From a bacterium (lineage in GTDB: Bacteria > Planctomycetota > UBA1135 > GCA-002686595), in NCBI GenBank assembly GCA_024226735.1, contig JAAELL010000032.1:57879-121878 (forward strand): a stretch of 64,000 nucleotides of DNA, read 5' to 3'. A model generated the notes under the pieces. It worked only from the letters and a program-made list of their open reading frames with translations. It was not told the DNA's origin and did not search any database. A program made the position numbers and the translations under genes. This document shows, one piece after another, positions 45,856 to 55,196 of this stretch (within the stretch, counting starts at the first letter, position 1; every line of letters begins with the position of its first letter).

Positions 45856-47262
45856 TCACTCACTCCGTTCAACGTTCAGGGTCACGGTGTATGTGCCTGT
45901 TTCGTCGACCGGCCCATCGGACTTCAGCTGAACCCAGACCTTCGATGCGTCTTCCCGTTCCAGTCCCCCAACGATCACCGGAGAGCTGTTCCACGGACGG
46001 TCCACCGACACCGTCATGCGTGGCAACCCGTCGAAGGTGAAATCGGAGCCGTCCAGCCACACATCGTGGAACCGAACCTTCACCCAATTGTCTTGCTGGA
46101 GGACGACCGACGACGTGAGCGAGAAGCGATACGGACTGTTGACGCGAGACGACCCGTAGACGAGGCGAGCGGGCTTCGAGTGACGTTTGTCGGTGATCGC
46201 GAGCGGAACGCGCGGAACGTTCTTGTCGCGGAGCAGAACACGGCTGTTCGCCGCCCATGGAAACCCGCCCCATGTGATCAATCGCTCGCCGACGGACCAG
46301 ATGTCGTTGACGCCCGGATTGCCCTGTTCTTCGTGTCCGATATAGATCGGAACCTCGTTCGAACCGGGAAGAGTCGCGAAGGCGCCGTGGGTGAGCGGCT
46401 GGAACCTCGCGGCTGACTGGTTTCCCATCGCGAGGAGATCGCCGGTGGCGCGGATGTCGCCGATGACGTGCAGCTGTGCATCGGGGGCGGTCGTCCCGAT
46501 CCCGACATTGCGCGTTGCCGGGTCGACGTTGAGCTCCACGCTCATCGGAAAGAGGCTGCCAAGCGCCGGCTCCGACGATGCGTCAATGCACATCAGCGGC
46601 AGCGCCGCGTCCCAGATGGCCGGCACCCCGCAGATGGGGAACGGGTCGCTCGACGTGCCGGGGGCACCGTTCAGCCTCGCGCTACCGGCGGGTCGCAGCT
46701 CGCCCGGCCGTGGCTGAAGGTTCGTCGTGACGAACGTCCCCTGTCCCGCGTTGTGGTAGAGCACGTCGCCCGTTTCGGTCGTGATGTGCACGTCGAGCAG
46801 GTTGTCCCCGTCGAAGTCGAACCAGCGCGCGGCGAGCAAGGACCCTGCATCCCGCAGCCCGGCCTCGCGCGTGACGTCGAAAAACGTCCCCTCCCCGAGG
46901 TTGCGGTACAGCGCCGCGGGTCCCGCGCCGCCGACGAACAGGTCGGAGAACCCGTCGAGATCGAAATCGACCCACAGCGCGACGCGCGGCGACCCGATTT
47001 CCGACAGGCCGGCCGCGAGTGTCATGTCGTCGAACGTCCCATCTCCGGCATTGCGCAAGAGCCGCGCTCCGCCAGTTCCCGAGAGACAGAGATTGTCGAG
47101 CAGTTTGTCGTTGTCGTAGTCGGCCCAGATCAGCGTCGAGGACGCGGCGTCCTGCGCGATCTCATTGTCCGCCGGCGAAGTCTCGGCGCGGGTGAGTGCT
47201 GGCACGAACGCGGCGGGTAGGGCCAGGCTCGACGCACAAATGAGCAAACGAAGATGTGTCAT
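45856..47262 (-). CDS. Secreted FG-GAP / ASPIC-type repeat protein with C-terminal beta-rich domain
   Basis: Signal peptide MTHLRLLICASSLALPAAFVPALTRA (internal ATG 47262). FG-GAP-like repeats are VALWVDFDLDGFSDLFVGG and ARWFDFDGDNLLDVHI. Confidence 0.7.
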   Translation of the reverse strand: MTHLRLLICASSLALPAAFVPALTRAETSPADNEIAQDAASSTLIWADYDNDKLLDNLCLSGTGGARLLRNAGDGTFDDMTLAAGLSEIGSPRVALWVDFDLDGFSDLFVGGAGPAALYRNLGEGTFFDVTREAGLRDAGSLLAARWFDFDGDNLLDVHITTETGDVLYHNAGQGTFVTTNLQPRPGELRPAGSARLNGAPGTSSDPFPICGVPAIWDAALPLMCIDASSEPALGSLFPMSVELNVDPATRNVGIGTTAPDAQLHVIGDIRATGDLLAMGNQSAARFQPLTHGAFATLPGSNEVPIYIGHEEQGNPGVNDIWSVGERLITWGGFPWAANSRVLLRDKNVPRVPLAITDKRHSKPARLVYGSSRVNSPYRFSLTSSVVLQQDNWVKVRFHDVWLDGSDFTFDGLPRMTVSVDRPWNSSPVIVGGLEREDASKVWVQLKSDGPVDETGTYTVTLNVERSE

Positions 47263-47359
47263 GGCAATGGATTGTGATTGAGGTCTCAGGTTCGGCGATC
47301 GAACCTTCAAAGGCGAGGGGTGAGGCAGGTCGCGCGCGATGCGGCGATCGACATGCAAC

Positions 47360-47450
47360 TCACTCCGGGTGATGTGTCTGTGAAGCACAGGCCCGATTCG
47401 GCCCTCACCCGGACACGCTCTTTTCGAACTCTCGTGATCGATCGGTGCGC
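47360..47450. repeat. Conserved ~90-bp element (copy 2) 100-190 nt upstream of the 45856-47262 gene
   Basis: See copy 1 at 45645-45735. Confidence 0.55.
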
Positions 47451-47478
47451 GGTCGCGAGGGGCGCCCCTGACTCCTTG

Positions 47479-47763
47479 TCAGCGATCCGCGTTCAGGAAG
47501 AAGCGTTCCCGTTGCTCTGGAGTCAGTTGGCGGGGAGCGACTTCGCGCGCATGGTCGATGAGGGCTTGTGCTCCGTACAGCGCGAACAGCCGCGCGGTGT
47601 TGTCGTACGAGGCGGTGATGATGCGGCCGCCGTCGGGGCTGAACGCGGCCTGATTGACCGGGCCTTCGTGGCCGCGGAGGACGGCGATCTCACGCAGAGA
47701 GAAAGAGGCTCGGCAGAGCGCGGCTTCGGCTTCCCACACATACGGACGGTCTGGATCGGTCAT
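47479..47763 (-). pseudogene. Isolated 94-codon ORF encoding a single WD40 repeat plus C-terminal tail. It is likely the 3' remnant of a larger WD40-repeat gene.
   Basis: One WD repeat [30 protein letters not shown]. Functional WD40 proteins need at least 6-7 blades. It lies next to the repeat elements and the truncated FAD-oxidoreductase. Confidence 0.45.
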
Positions 47764-47910
47764 TCTTCGGGGCAGGGCCTCGAGCCTAAGACGAGAATCG
47801 TAACCGAGGGTCCGTGAACCGGCCTGGAGCGCACGACGCTCGCGGGGGAGGCGACGTGGCAGGCGCCGCCCGCCGTGCAGTGGACGGCGGAAGCTGCATG
47901 ACGCCTGGGA

Positions 47911-50082
47911 TCACCCGCGCCGCCCGCTCGCGCGCGCGACCGTCACGCCGTCGACCCGGTAGTCCAGGTACCACACGTGCTCCGTGCCCTCATCGACGCG
48001 CGGAACGACGCCGACCGCGCGCAGGCGTCCCTCGGATTCGACGCGTAGCGGCAGCTCCTCGTACTCGAGCTTCTCGAGATCGAAGACGCCGAGGATCCAG
48101 CTCACCTCCCCCAGCGCCGGCGCGGGGGGGGGCTCGGGTCCGAGGTCGAAGAGCCAGTCCTCGCCGACGATGCGCGGCACGGGATCGCCAGCGAGCGCCG
48201 GCGGCCCGGGGGACGCCTGCGCGGACGAGATCAAGCTCAGGGCGCCAGTGAACCACACCGAGCGAACGCGGTCCGCGAACAGCCAGTCGAGGCTCTGCTC
48301 CAGGTCGAAGATCGCGACGGGGCCCGACGGGCTCTCGAGCCATGCGCCGGTGACCTCGTCGATGTTCGCAACGCCGGAGCTCGCGCTCCAGCGCACGACC
48401 GGTGCATCGGCGGTGCGCGCGCTGGGCAACCCGACGACGCGGATCGATCGTGCGCGCAGGGCCTCGAGCACGATGCCGCTCGGGGAGCGCCCGGTCTCGC
48501 GCCAAAGCATGCGTCCTTCGCTCGGTTCGGGCGCGGGCAGCTCGACCGCGATGGTGCCCTCGCCCGAGCCGGGCAGCGCGCCGGCCGGCACGAGTACGAC
48601 CGCGCCGGCCGCGCGCCAGGCGGTGAACTCCGGCTCACGCACGAACGCGCGGAATGCGGCCAAGTCCGAGCCTCGCACGCGCCGCTGCGCCGCCTCCGGC
48701 GGTGCGTCGGCCGGCAGGAAGCTCGCCGCGAACAGGTACGGAAGAGCGGGCCGGATGACGTCGACTCCGGCGATCGCGTGCGGGGGATCGATCATCAGGA
48801 AGTCGCGATCCCATCCTCGGCGACGCGCCTCGTCGAAGACGCGCGTGCGCAGAGCCGCGAGGCCCTGTGAAGCCTCCTCGACCGGCACGGCGTTGCCGTG
48901 GGCCAGGAGCGCGTAGAAGAAGCCGATCGCCGCGGGCAGCGCCGAGCGGCGTGCGCCCGAGATCGCGGTCGACGAGATCCCGAAGCCGACCGCCATGACG
49001 AGCGCCGGCGCGAACAGCAGGTGCCCTCCCGTCAGGCTCTCGGGGAGGACGCGCAACGCGGGCTCGAGCCCCTCGGTCGCGGCGATCGACACGACCCAGC
49101 CGAGCAGAATCCGACCCCACATGCGTGGCGCCGCACGCGCCGCGACGAACCCGGGGTGCAGCGCGAGGAGGGCCGCGACCCCGGCGAAGACGTAGCCGAT
49201 CGCTCCGATCCCGAACGTGTTGACGGGCAACATCAGGACACCGAGCTTCTCGACGCCGAGCGCGGCGGTCTCCGCGAGGCCCACGGGATGCCCGTCGACC
49301 GTTGGGCGCCACGGTGCGAAGGCGGCGGTCCCCTCCGGCGCGAACAAGATGCGTGCCCCCCACTCGAGCCCGACGCAGACGCCGAACACGACGAACGTCG
49401 TCAGCGCAGTGCGCGCGCGCACCATCCGCTTGCGGTGGCGTCTCGCCGAGACGTACTCCATCCCCGCGCACAAGAGCGGCAAGAAGATCGCCAGGCGCGA
49501 AGCCCCGCCGGCGACCATCGCGATGAGGCACGCACCGGCGACGTAGCCGTACTCCTCGTTCTGCCGTCCGCGCAGGAACAGCCGCAGCGACCACGCCCCC
49601 AGCGCCACGACGAGCAGGTCCCCGCGCGAGGCGATGCGCGCGACAGTCGAAACGCACAATGGATGCAGGAGGAACAAGACGGCCGCCGCAATGCCCGCGG
49701 CGCGCGCTTGGTCCTGCCCGAACCACGGCGCGAGTGAGCGCCGCAACGCGCCGGTCAAGCCGAGGGCCGCGAGGAATAGCAAGAGGAGCCCCTCGCCGCG
49801 CAACCAGCGAGCGGCGCCCAGGTCCATCTTGCCGTCGGGCGCGGCCAGGCGGCTCGACACGAGCAGCGAGAGCGTGGCGACCGGCCGCGGCTCGACCTGC
49901 GCGAGCGTGTACAGCTCGCCCACGGCCCCCGGCCACGTCCCGGCCCGCACGCGCTCACCCAGCTCGACCGCGGTCGCGAGGTCATCGCCGACGAACCCCG
50001 CCCGCAGGAGTGGCGCGTAGGAGTACACCGTGAATACCGCGACGAGGGCGATCACCCCCGCCCTGCGCAGCCGGTCGTGCAT
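47911..50082 (-). CDS. Polytopic integral membrane protein with large C-terminal extracytoplasmic domain (possibly GT-C-type glycosyltransferase-like)
   Basis: More than 10 predicted hydrophobic segments in the first about 420 aa, then a soluble about 300-aa domain. The family assignment is tentative. Confidence 0.6.
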   Translation of the reverse strand: MHDRLRRAGVIALVAVFTVYSYAPLLRAGFVGDDLATAVELGERVRAGTWPGAVGELYTLAQVEPRPVATLSLLVSSRLAAPDGKMDLGAARWLRGEGLLLLFLAALGLTGALRRSLAPWFGQDQARAAGIAAAVLFLLHPLCVSTVARIASRGDLLVVALGAWSLRLFLRGRQNEEYGYVAGACLIAMVAGGASRLAIFLPLLCAGMEYVSARRHRKRMVRARTALTTFVVFGVCVGLEWGARILFAPEGTAAFAPWRPTVDGHPVGLAETAALGVEKLGVLMLPVNTFGIGAIGYVFAGVAALLALHPGFVAARAAPRMWGRILLGWVVSIAATEGLEPALRVLPESLTGGHLLFAPALVMAVGFGISSTAISGARRSALPAAIGFFYALLAHGNAVPVEEASQGLAALRTRVFDEARRRGWDRDFLMIDPPHAIAGVDVIRPALPYLFAASFLPADAPPEAAQRRVRGSDLAAFRAFVREPEFTAWRAAGAVVLVPAGALPGSGEGTIAVELPAPEPSEGRMLWRETGRSPSGIVLEALRARSIRVVGLPSARTADAPVVRWSASSGVANIDEVTGAWLESPSGPVAIFDLEQSLDWLFADRVRSVWFTGALSLISSAQASPGPPALAGDPVPRIVGEDWLFDLGPEPPPAPALGEVSWILGVFDLEKLEYEELPLRVESEGRLRAVGVVPRVDEGTEHVWYLDYRVDGVTVARASGRRG

Positions 50083-50131
50083 TCGAGAATTCTATGTTCC
50101 CGGCGCGGCGCATGTGCACAACAACGAGCCC

Positions 50132-50326
50132 ATGCTCGAGACCTTTCGCCCCCTGATCGACGCTGGCGCGGAGCTCGATCTGTCCGACGCGAACGCCGCG
50201 ACCGCGGAGCTCGTGAGGCGTTTCGACCCCACCGGGCACGAGGCCCAATCGCTCAACGCCGAGCTCCGCCAGCTCCTCGAGGAGGGCAAGATCGCGGCGA
50301 GCTGGCTGTGCGCTGGGGACGGGTGA
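50132..50326 (+). CDS. N-terminal half of a DUF4863-like protein (split gene, part 1)
   Basis: Sequence MLETFRPLIDAG...EEGKIAASWLCAGDG ends at TGA, which overlaps a GTG that opens the second half in another frame. Confidence 0.45.
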   Translation: MLETFRPLIDAGAELDLSDANAATAELVRRFDPTGHEAQSLNAELRQLLEEGKIAASWLCAGDG

Positions 50327-50577
50327 CCAAGGCGCTGCCCGAGAGCCGCGACCTCTCGATCGACGTCGTCCTGATGAACGGTCCGGGCCCGCGCCACCGC
50401 CATCCGAACGGCGAGGTGAACTACTGCGTCGGGCTCGAGAGTACCCCCACGTTCGACGGCGATCCGCCGGGCTGGGTCGTGAAGACGCCGGAGTCGAAGC
50501 ACGTGCCCACGGTCGACGGAGGCACGATGCTGATCGTCTACCTCCTGCCTGGTGGGGCGATGGAGTTCCTCCAGTAG
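50323..50577 (+). CDS. C-terminal half of a DUF4863-like protein (split gene, part 2)
   Basis: VTKALPESRDLSIDVVLMNGPGPRHRHPNGEVNYCV...MLIVYLLPGGAMEFLQ. The conserved MNGPGPRHRHPNGE block is recalled from single-chain homologues of about 165 aa. Confidence 0.5.
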   Translation: MTKALPESRDLSIDVVLMNGPGPRHRHPNGEVNYCVGLESTPTFDGDPPGWVVKTPESKHVPTVDGGTMLIVYLLPGGAMEFLQ

Positions 50578-50813
50578 GGCGGAGCGCGCGCCGCGTGGCG
50601 AGGCACCTACGGCGCGCTGCGAATCCTCGCCTGACCGGACACGACTCGGATCGGGAACGTCTCACCCGTCGCGCTGCTGTAGGTCCCGGGCTGGAGCCAG
50701 ATCGTGTCGCTCGGCATGCTGCCGACGGTCACCTCCAGTGCACGCGTCAGCGAACGCAGCGCGGCGATCGGGCTGGCGCCTGTATTGCCGTCGTCCCCGA
50801 GGACCGGGCTGAA

Positions 50814-51563
50814 CTACTTGCCGCTCTTCAGGCCGTCGCCCTTCTTCGCGTCGGGCTTGCGCTCCAGCTTCGTCTCCTTCGCCGGGGTCAGTTTCGCGAC
50901 GTACTTCGCGGGCTCCTTGTGGAACCCCTTCACGCAGCCCCTGCAGCACAGGCGCACGAGCTGGGTGCCGTACAACACATCGACCGGCTCGCCCATCGAG
51001 CCGAGCGCTTCGCCCGAGACCAAGCACTCCTTCATCGTGTACTTGGGCGTCAGCTTGGCGATGTACGCCCGGTCGAGGTCGGCCATCGACTTCTTCGGGT
51101 CCTTCTCGAACCCCTTGACGCAGCCCTTGCAGCAGAAGCGCACGAGGCGCGTGCCGTGGACGTACTCGATCGGGTCGCCCATCGAGCCCAGCTTTTCGCC
51201 GCTGATCGCGCAGACGTCCATCGGGTAGTCGGCCTTCTGTGCGCGGACGACGCCCTCGTCGATCTTCGCGATCGCCCCGGTCGCATCCTTGCCCAGCGGC
51301 TTGACGCAGCCCTTGCAGCACAAGCGGATCAGGCGCTGGTCGACGACGACGTCGATCGGGTCGCCCATCGATCCGAGCTTCTCACCGCTCACCGGGCACG
51401 TCGTGAGCGGATAGGACGGAAGCTGCATCGCGATGATGGCGTCGTCGTCGAGGACCGTCTCGATCGCATCTTTCGGAGCGGCGGCGTCCTGGGGTTTCTT
51501 GCCGACGTCCTGGGGACCCGAGACGAGCAGGAGGGAAGCGAGCAGAGTGAGGGTGAGGTTCAT
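50814..51563 (-). CDS. Secreted protein with three tandem YHS/TRASH-like Cys4 metal-binding repeats
   Basis: Signal peptide MNLTLTLLASLLLVSGPQ (internal ATG 51563). Three about 65-aa repeats each carry YP..C.(V/I)SGE.LGSMG.P(I/V)......L(I/V)R.CCKGCVK.F.KDP.K, giving four Cys per repeat. Confidence 0.65.
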   Translation of the reverse strand: MNLTLTLLASLLLVSGPQDVGKKPQDAAAPKDAIETVLDDDAIIAMQLPSYPLTTCPVSGEKLGSMGDPIDVVVDQRLIRLCCKGCVKPLGKDATGAIAKIDEGVVRAQKADYPMDVCAISGEKLGSMGDPIEYVHGTRLVRFCCKGCVKGFEKDPKKSMADLDRAYIAKLTPKYTMKECLVSGEALGSMGEPVDVLYGTQLVRLCCRGCVKGFHKEPAKYVAKLTPAKETKLERKPDAKKGDGLKSGK

Positions 51564-51675
51564 GGAACTGGTTTCCGTCAGGGTTCTCGCGGCCCGAGCG
51601 GATTGGGCCACTGAATCGATCGAACCGCGGGCGTCGATCGGTCGGACAGGGTACTACAAGAGGCTGGCGGGCAGG

Positions 51676-52827
51676 CTACCGGCGCAACTCGGGCCGGCGC
51701 AGGTACAGCTCGCGCCCCCCTTCCGGGGCATGCTTGCGGTAACCGAACAGGCGCAGAGCCCAGCTGACCGCGGGCGCGATGTCGCCGTCGGCCAACAGTG
51801 CGTGCCGGCGGCGCGGATGCGGGCTCAAGCCCGGGAGGTTGCCGAGCAGCGCTTCCGTGCCGCTCGAACGCGCCCACGCCGAGAAGCGCAGCCAACTGCG
51901 CGACGCCTCGCGGCAGAGGAAGAATCCGTCCTCGCCCTGGCCCTGGTAGAGCGGCATCAGCACGTAGCCGGACCAGGGCGCCGTCACGTTGCCGCGCACG
52001 TCGTTCGCCAGCACCTCGCCGGCGACGACCTCCTGAAAGTTCGCGTACCCGCCGCGCATCTTGAAGCCGTCGCCGTCCTCGAGATGATGGCCGTGTAGGA
52101 CTTCGACGATGCCGGGCAGCCCGCGCCCGACACGCTTGAGCCGCCGGTAACCCGCATCGATCTCGGGTGCGGCATCCGGTGCGAGCCCCCCGCCAGCGAC
52201 GAGCGTCAACCAGATCGCGGCTTGGTGGTGATCGACCGTCGCCGGGTCGTCGTGGGCGCCTCCCTCGACGACGACGGCGATGCTGCCGTGGTCGGCGAAC
52301 CACGAGAGCAGGGGCCCCTCGATGCGTTCCTCGAGTCCCATGATCACGGGAATCGGCAGGTAGCGAGCGATCGCCCGGTTCTGGAGCGTGTCGGCGAGGA
52401 TCGTGAACGGCGCGCCCTGCGCCGAGGTCGAGTGCAGGTCGAGGAAGATCGGTGGACCCGCTGCGGCCGCGAGCTCAGCTTCCAGCACGCCCAGAATGTC
52501 GACGAGCTCAGCATCTTCCGCAGCTTCGAGCTGGCCGTGGGTCAAGGCGCGCTCGATGCGCTCGGACGTCCAGCAGCGGTTCAGGTCGAGGTCGATGAAC
52601 CGCCGTCCTTCGGCCAGCGCGCGGCGGTTCCCGGACAGCGCAACGACGCGTCCGGCGAGCGGCAGCTTGCGGCGCGCGAGCTCGGCGACGACACGCTGGG
52701 CCGCCTCGACGCCCGCCGGCTCGTTGCCGTGCAAGCCACCGATGACGATGAACAGCGGCCCCGGACGGCCCGCGTCGTAGCGGCCGAGAATGCGGGGCGG
52801 CGCGGGTTGACTGGAGCTGGACTTCAT
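51676..52827 (-). CDS. AstE/AspA-family zinc amidohydrolase (succinylglutamate desuccinylase / aspartoacylase superfamily)
   Basis: Motif IGGLHGNEPAG and the downstream His/Glu ligands (DLHS..., EGG). Confidence 0.8.
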   Translation of the reverse strand: MKSSSSQPAPPRILGRYDAGRPGPLFIVIGGLHGNEPAGVEAAQRVVAELARRKLPLAGRVVALSGNRRALAEGRRFIDLDLNRCWTSERIERALTHGQLEAAEDAELVDILGVLEAELAAAAGPPIFLDLHSTSAQGAPFTILADTLQNRAIARYLPIPVIMGLEERIEGPLLSWFADHGSIAVVVEGGAHDDPATVDHHQAAIWLTLVAGGGLAPDAAPEIDAGYRRLKRVGRGLPGIVEVLHGHHLEDGDGFKMRGGYANFQEVVAGEVLANDVRGNVTAPWSGYVLMPLYQGQGEDGFFLCREASRSWLRFSAWARSSGTEALLGNLPGLSPHPRRRHALLADGDIAPAVSWALRLFGYRKHAPEGGRELYLRRPELRR

Positions 52828-52929
52828 CGCTGGTACGGAATCCGCTCAGGCTATCGATCTAGATGCCCGTCCGCCATCCACTCGCGCCCTCTTCCAGCCC
52901 CAACGCATGACACGTGAGACAGGTTTGTC

Positions 52930-54855
52930 TCATCCCCGAGCCCCGTCGTCGCCGAGGGCATCCTCGAGCAGCTTGGCGGCGGCGTCGAGGAAGTCGTGCT
53001 CCGTCACGATCCCGACGAGGCGCCCGTCCCGGACGACGGGAAGGCACCCGACCTTGTGCTTACGCATGGTCTGAATCGCCTCGAGCGTCGACTGCGACGG
53101 CTCGACCGTCACCGGGTTGCTGCGCATCACCTCGCGCACGGCGATCGGCTTCCCGTCCGCGCGCCCGGTACCGCGCGCGACCAGGCGCAGGAGGCCACGC
53201 TGGGACAGGAGCCCCACGAGCCGGCCCTGATCGTCCTCGACGGGCACGCGCCGGATGTGCTCCCAGGTCATCAGGTTCGCCGCGAGATCAATGACGTCCT
53301 CGGGGTGCAGGGTGAACACGTCACGGGTCATGATCTGGCCGACCGACCGGAAGCTCGCGAGCCGATCGTCGCGCGCACCGAGCTCCGCGAGCGACCACGT
53401 GTGGACGGGCTTCTCGTCGATTTGCTGCTCGTGCATCGACGAGGTGAGCGCGAGGTGGCGCTCCTCCGTGCTGCCGCGCGAGCCCATCGCCGTCAACGAG
53501 TCGAAGGCCCACTGCGCACCGGTGCGCTGACTGCTGACTCGCTCCTCGAGCAGGCCGAGGTACGTGTCGATGTCCGAACGCGGGACCTCTTTCTCCGCCA
53601 GGCCCTCGCGCGCCATCGGCAGGAGCTGCTTGAGGATCAGATCGCGCGCGGTCGACTCGCGCCCCTCGAGCCAGCGGAACTGGGCCGATAGCCCGTAGCG
53701 CGCGGCGGCGACGAAGTTGCCCTTGGCGTGGTCGAAGTCCATCACTTGCGTGATGTCCGTGTGCTCTTCTCCAAGCGCGATCATCAGTCCGAAGAAGAAC
53801 GCCGCGTTCGCCATCTCGTCGCGCACCGTCGGCCCGGCCGGCAGCACGCGGTTCTCGATGCGCAGGTGCGCCTGGCCGTTCTGCACGCCGTAGCACGGCC
53901 GGTTCCACCGGTACACCGTGCCGTTGTGCAGACACAGCGCCTTCAGCTGCGGGGCCTCGCCGCGCTCGAGCACCTCGAGCGAGGGGTCGCCGAGGTCGGT
54001 CGACAAGAGGACCCGGAAGCGCGCGACGTCCTCGCGGAAGATCTCGAGCACACCCTCCGTCAGCCAGCGCTCGCCGAACGTGACGCGTTGGCGCTGACCG
54101 CGCTGGACCTGCGTCGCGTTGCGCACGTCGAGCGACTGCTGGAAGAGCGCGACGCGCGTCTCGTGCCACAGCCGGTGCTGAAGGAGAACGGGCGAGTTCG
54201 CTCCCGCCGCAAGCACCGGTCCCGTCACGGCCTGCGCCAGGTTGTAGAGCTTCGCGAACTCCTCCGCCCCCACCTGGAAGTGCAGCTGGAAGCTGGTGTT
54301 GCACGACTCCATCATCACGTTGTCGTGCACCGCGTGGAGCTCGTCGAGCCCCTTGATCATCGTCTGGAACCGCCCGCCGCGCAGCTGCGTCATCACGTCG
54401 TTCATGACGTGGAAACGCGGGATCGAGACCATGTTCTCCAGCCCGAGGTCGGCCTGGTGCAGCGTCGGCAGAATGCCGCACAGGAGCACGCGGATGCCGC
54501 GCTCGTTCGCTTTCGCGCGCGCGCCGCGCACGAGCGTGTCGAGCTCTTGCTCCATGCGCGACAAACAGTCGCCGTGCAGCCGCTGCGGCGAGGCGTTCGC
54601 CTCGAGGTTGAAGCGGGCGAGCTCGGGCGTGTAGTTACCGCCGTCGAGCGCCTTCAGCACCTCCTCGGCACGCGGGCTCGGCGCCCATCTCTCGTCGACG
54701 AGAAACATCTCCTGCTCGGCACCGATCCGGCGTACGCCGGATTCGATCATGCCGCTGTCGATCATCTGCTCGAGCGCGCGGACGTCCTCGAGCAAGGCGC
54801 ACATGAACTGGCGCCGCTCCTCGTCGACCGTGGCTTTGACGTCGTGCTCACCCAT
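52930..54855 (-). CDS. Glutamate-cysteine-ligase family 2 (GCS2 / YbdK-like carboxylate-amine ligase) fused to a C-terminal CBS-domain pair
   Basis: The GCS2 core reads EQEMFLVDERW...HLHFQV...RWNRP. Two CBS motifs occupy the last about 130 aa (VMTRDVFTLHPEDVIDLAANLM..., VMRSNPVTVEPSQSTLEAIQTM...). Start at the internal ATG 54855 (MGEHDVKATVDEERRQF). Confidence 0.8.
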   Translation of the reverse strand: MGEHDVKATVDEERRQFMCALLEDVRALEQMIDSGMIESGVRRIGAEQEMFLVDERWAPSPRAEEVLKALDGGNYTPELARFNLEANASPQRLHGDCLSRMEQELDTLVRGARAKANERGIRVLLCGILPTLHQADLGLENMVSIPRFHVMNDVMTQLRGGRFQTMIKGLDELHAVHDNVMMESCNTSFQLHFQVGAEEFAKLYNLAQAVTGPVLAAGANSPVLLQHRLWHETRVALFQQSLDVRNATQVQRGQRQRVTFGERWLTEGVLEIFREDVARFRVLLSTDLGDPSLEVLERGEAPQLKALCLHNGTVYRWNRPCYGVQNGQAHLRIENRVLPAGPTVRDEMANAAFFFGLMIALGEEHTDITQVMDFDHAKGNFVAAARYGLSAQFRWLEGRESTARDLILKQLLPMAREGLAEKEVPRSDIDTYLGLLEERVSSQRTGAQWAFDSLTAMGSRGSTEERHLALTSSMHEQQIDEKPVHTWSLAELGARDDRLASFRSVGQIMTRDVFTLHPEDVIDLAANLMTWEHIRRVPVEDDQGRLVGLLSQRGLLRLVARGTGRADGKPIAVREVMRSNPVTVEPSQSTLEAIQTMRKHKVGCLPVVRDGRLVGIVTEHDFLDAAAKLLEDALGDDGARG

Positions 54856-55196
54856 CGTGTCGCTGGCGGGGGGAGAATCCAGGGGGGGCTTCGAAGCCTC
54901 TTGCTTGCTGCACGAAGACCACGGTAGCAGACCAGGGGCCGTCGAGCCCGGAATGGTCCACCAGGGCCAGCGGCAAAGAACACCCGAGCGAGACCAACGA
55001 CGGTGGGAAGCAGACGTACTCGGAGTCGAACGAAGTCCCCGCTCCGGATCGGCTCCGCGACGGGTAGGATCCGAGGTCCCCGCCACCGGGCCAACGCTCT
55101 CCAGCACTGGGCGCGGCCGCCCGGGCCACCTGGGCCGCCCCTCTGGGCCGCTTTTCTGGGCGCCTTCCGCGCGCCTCTCCGCTCTCCAGCACGATC

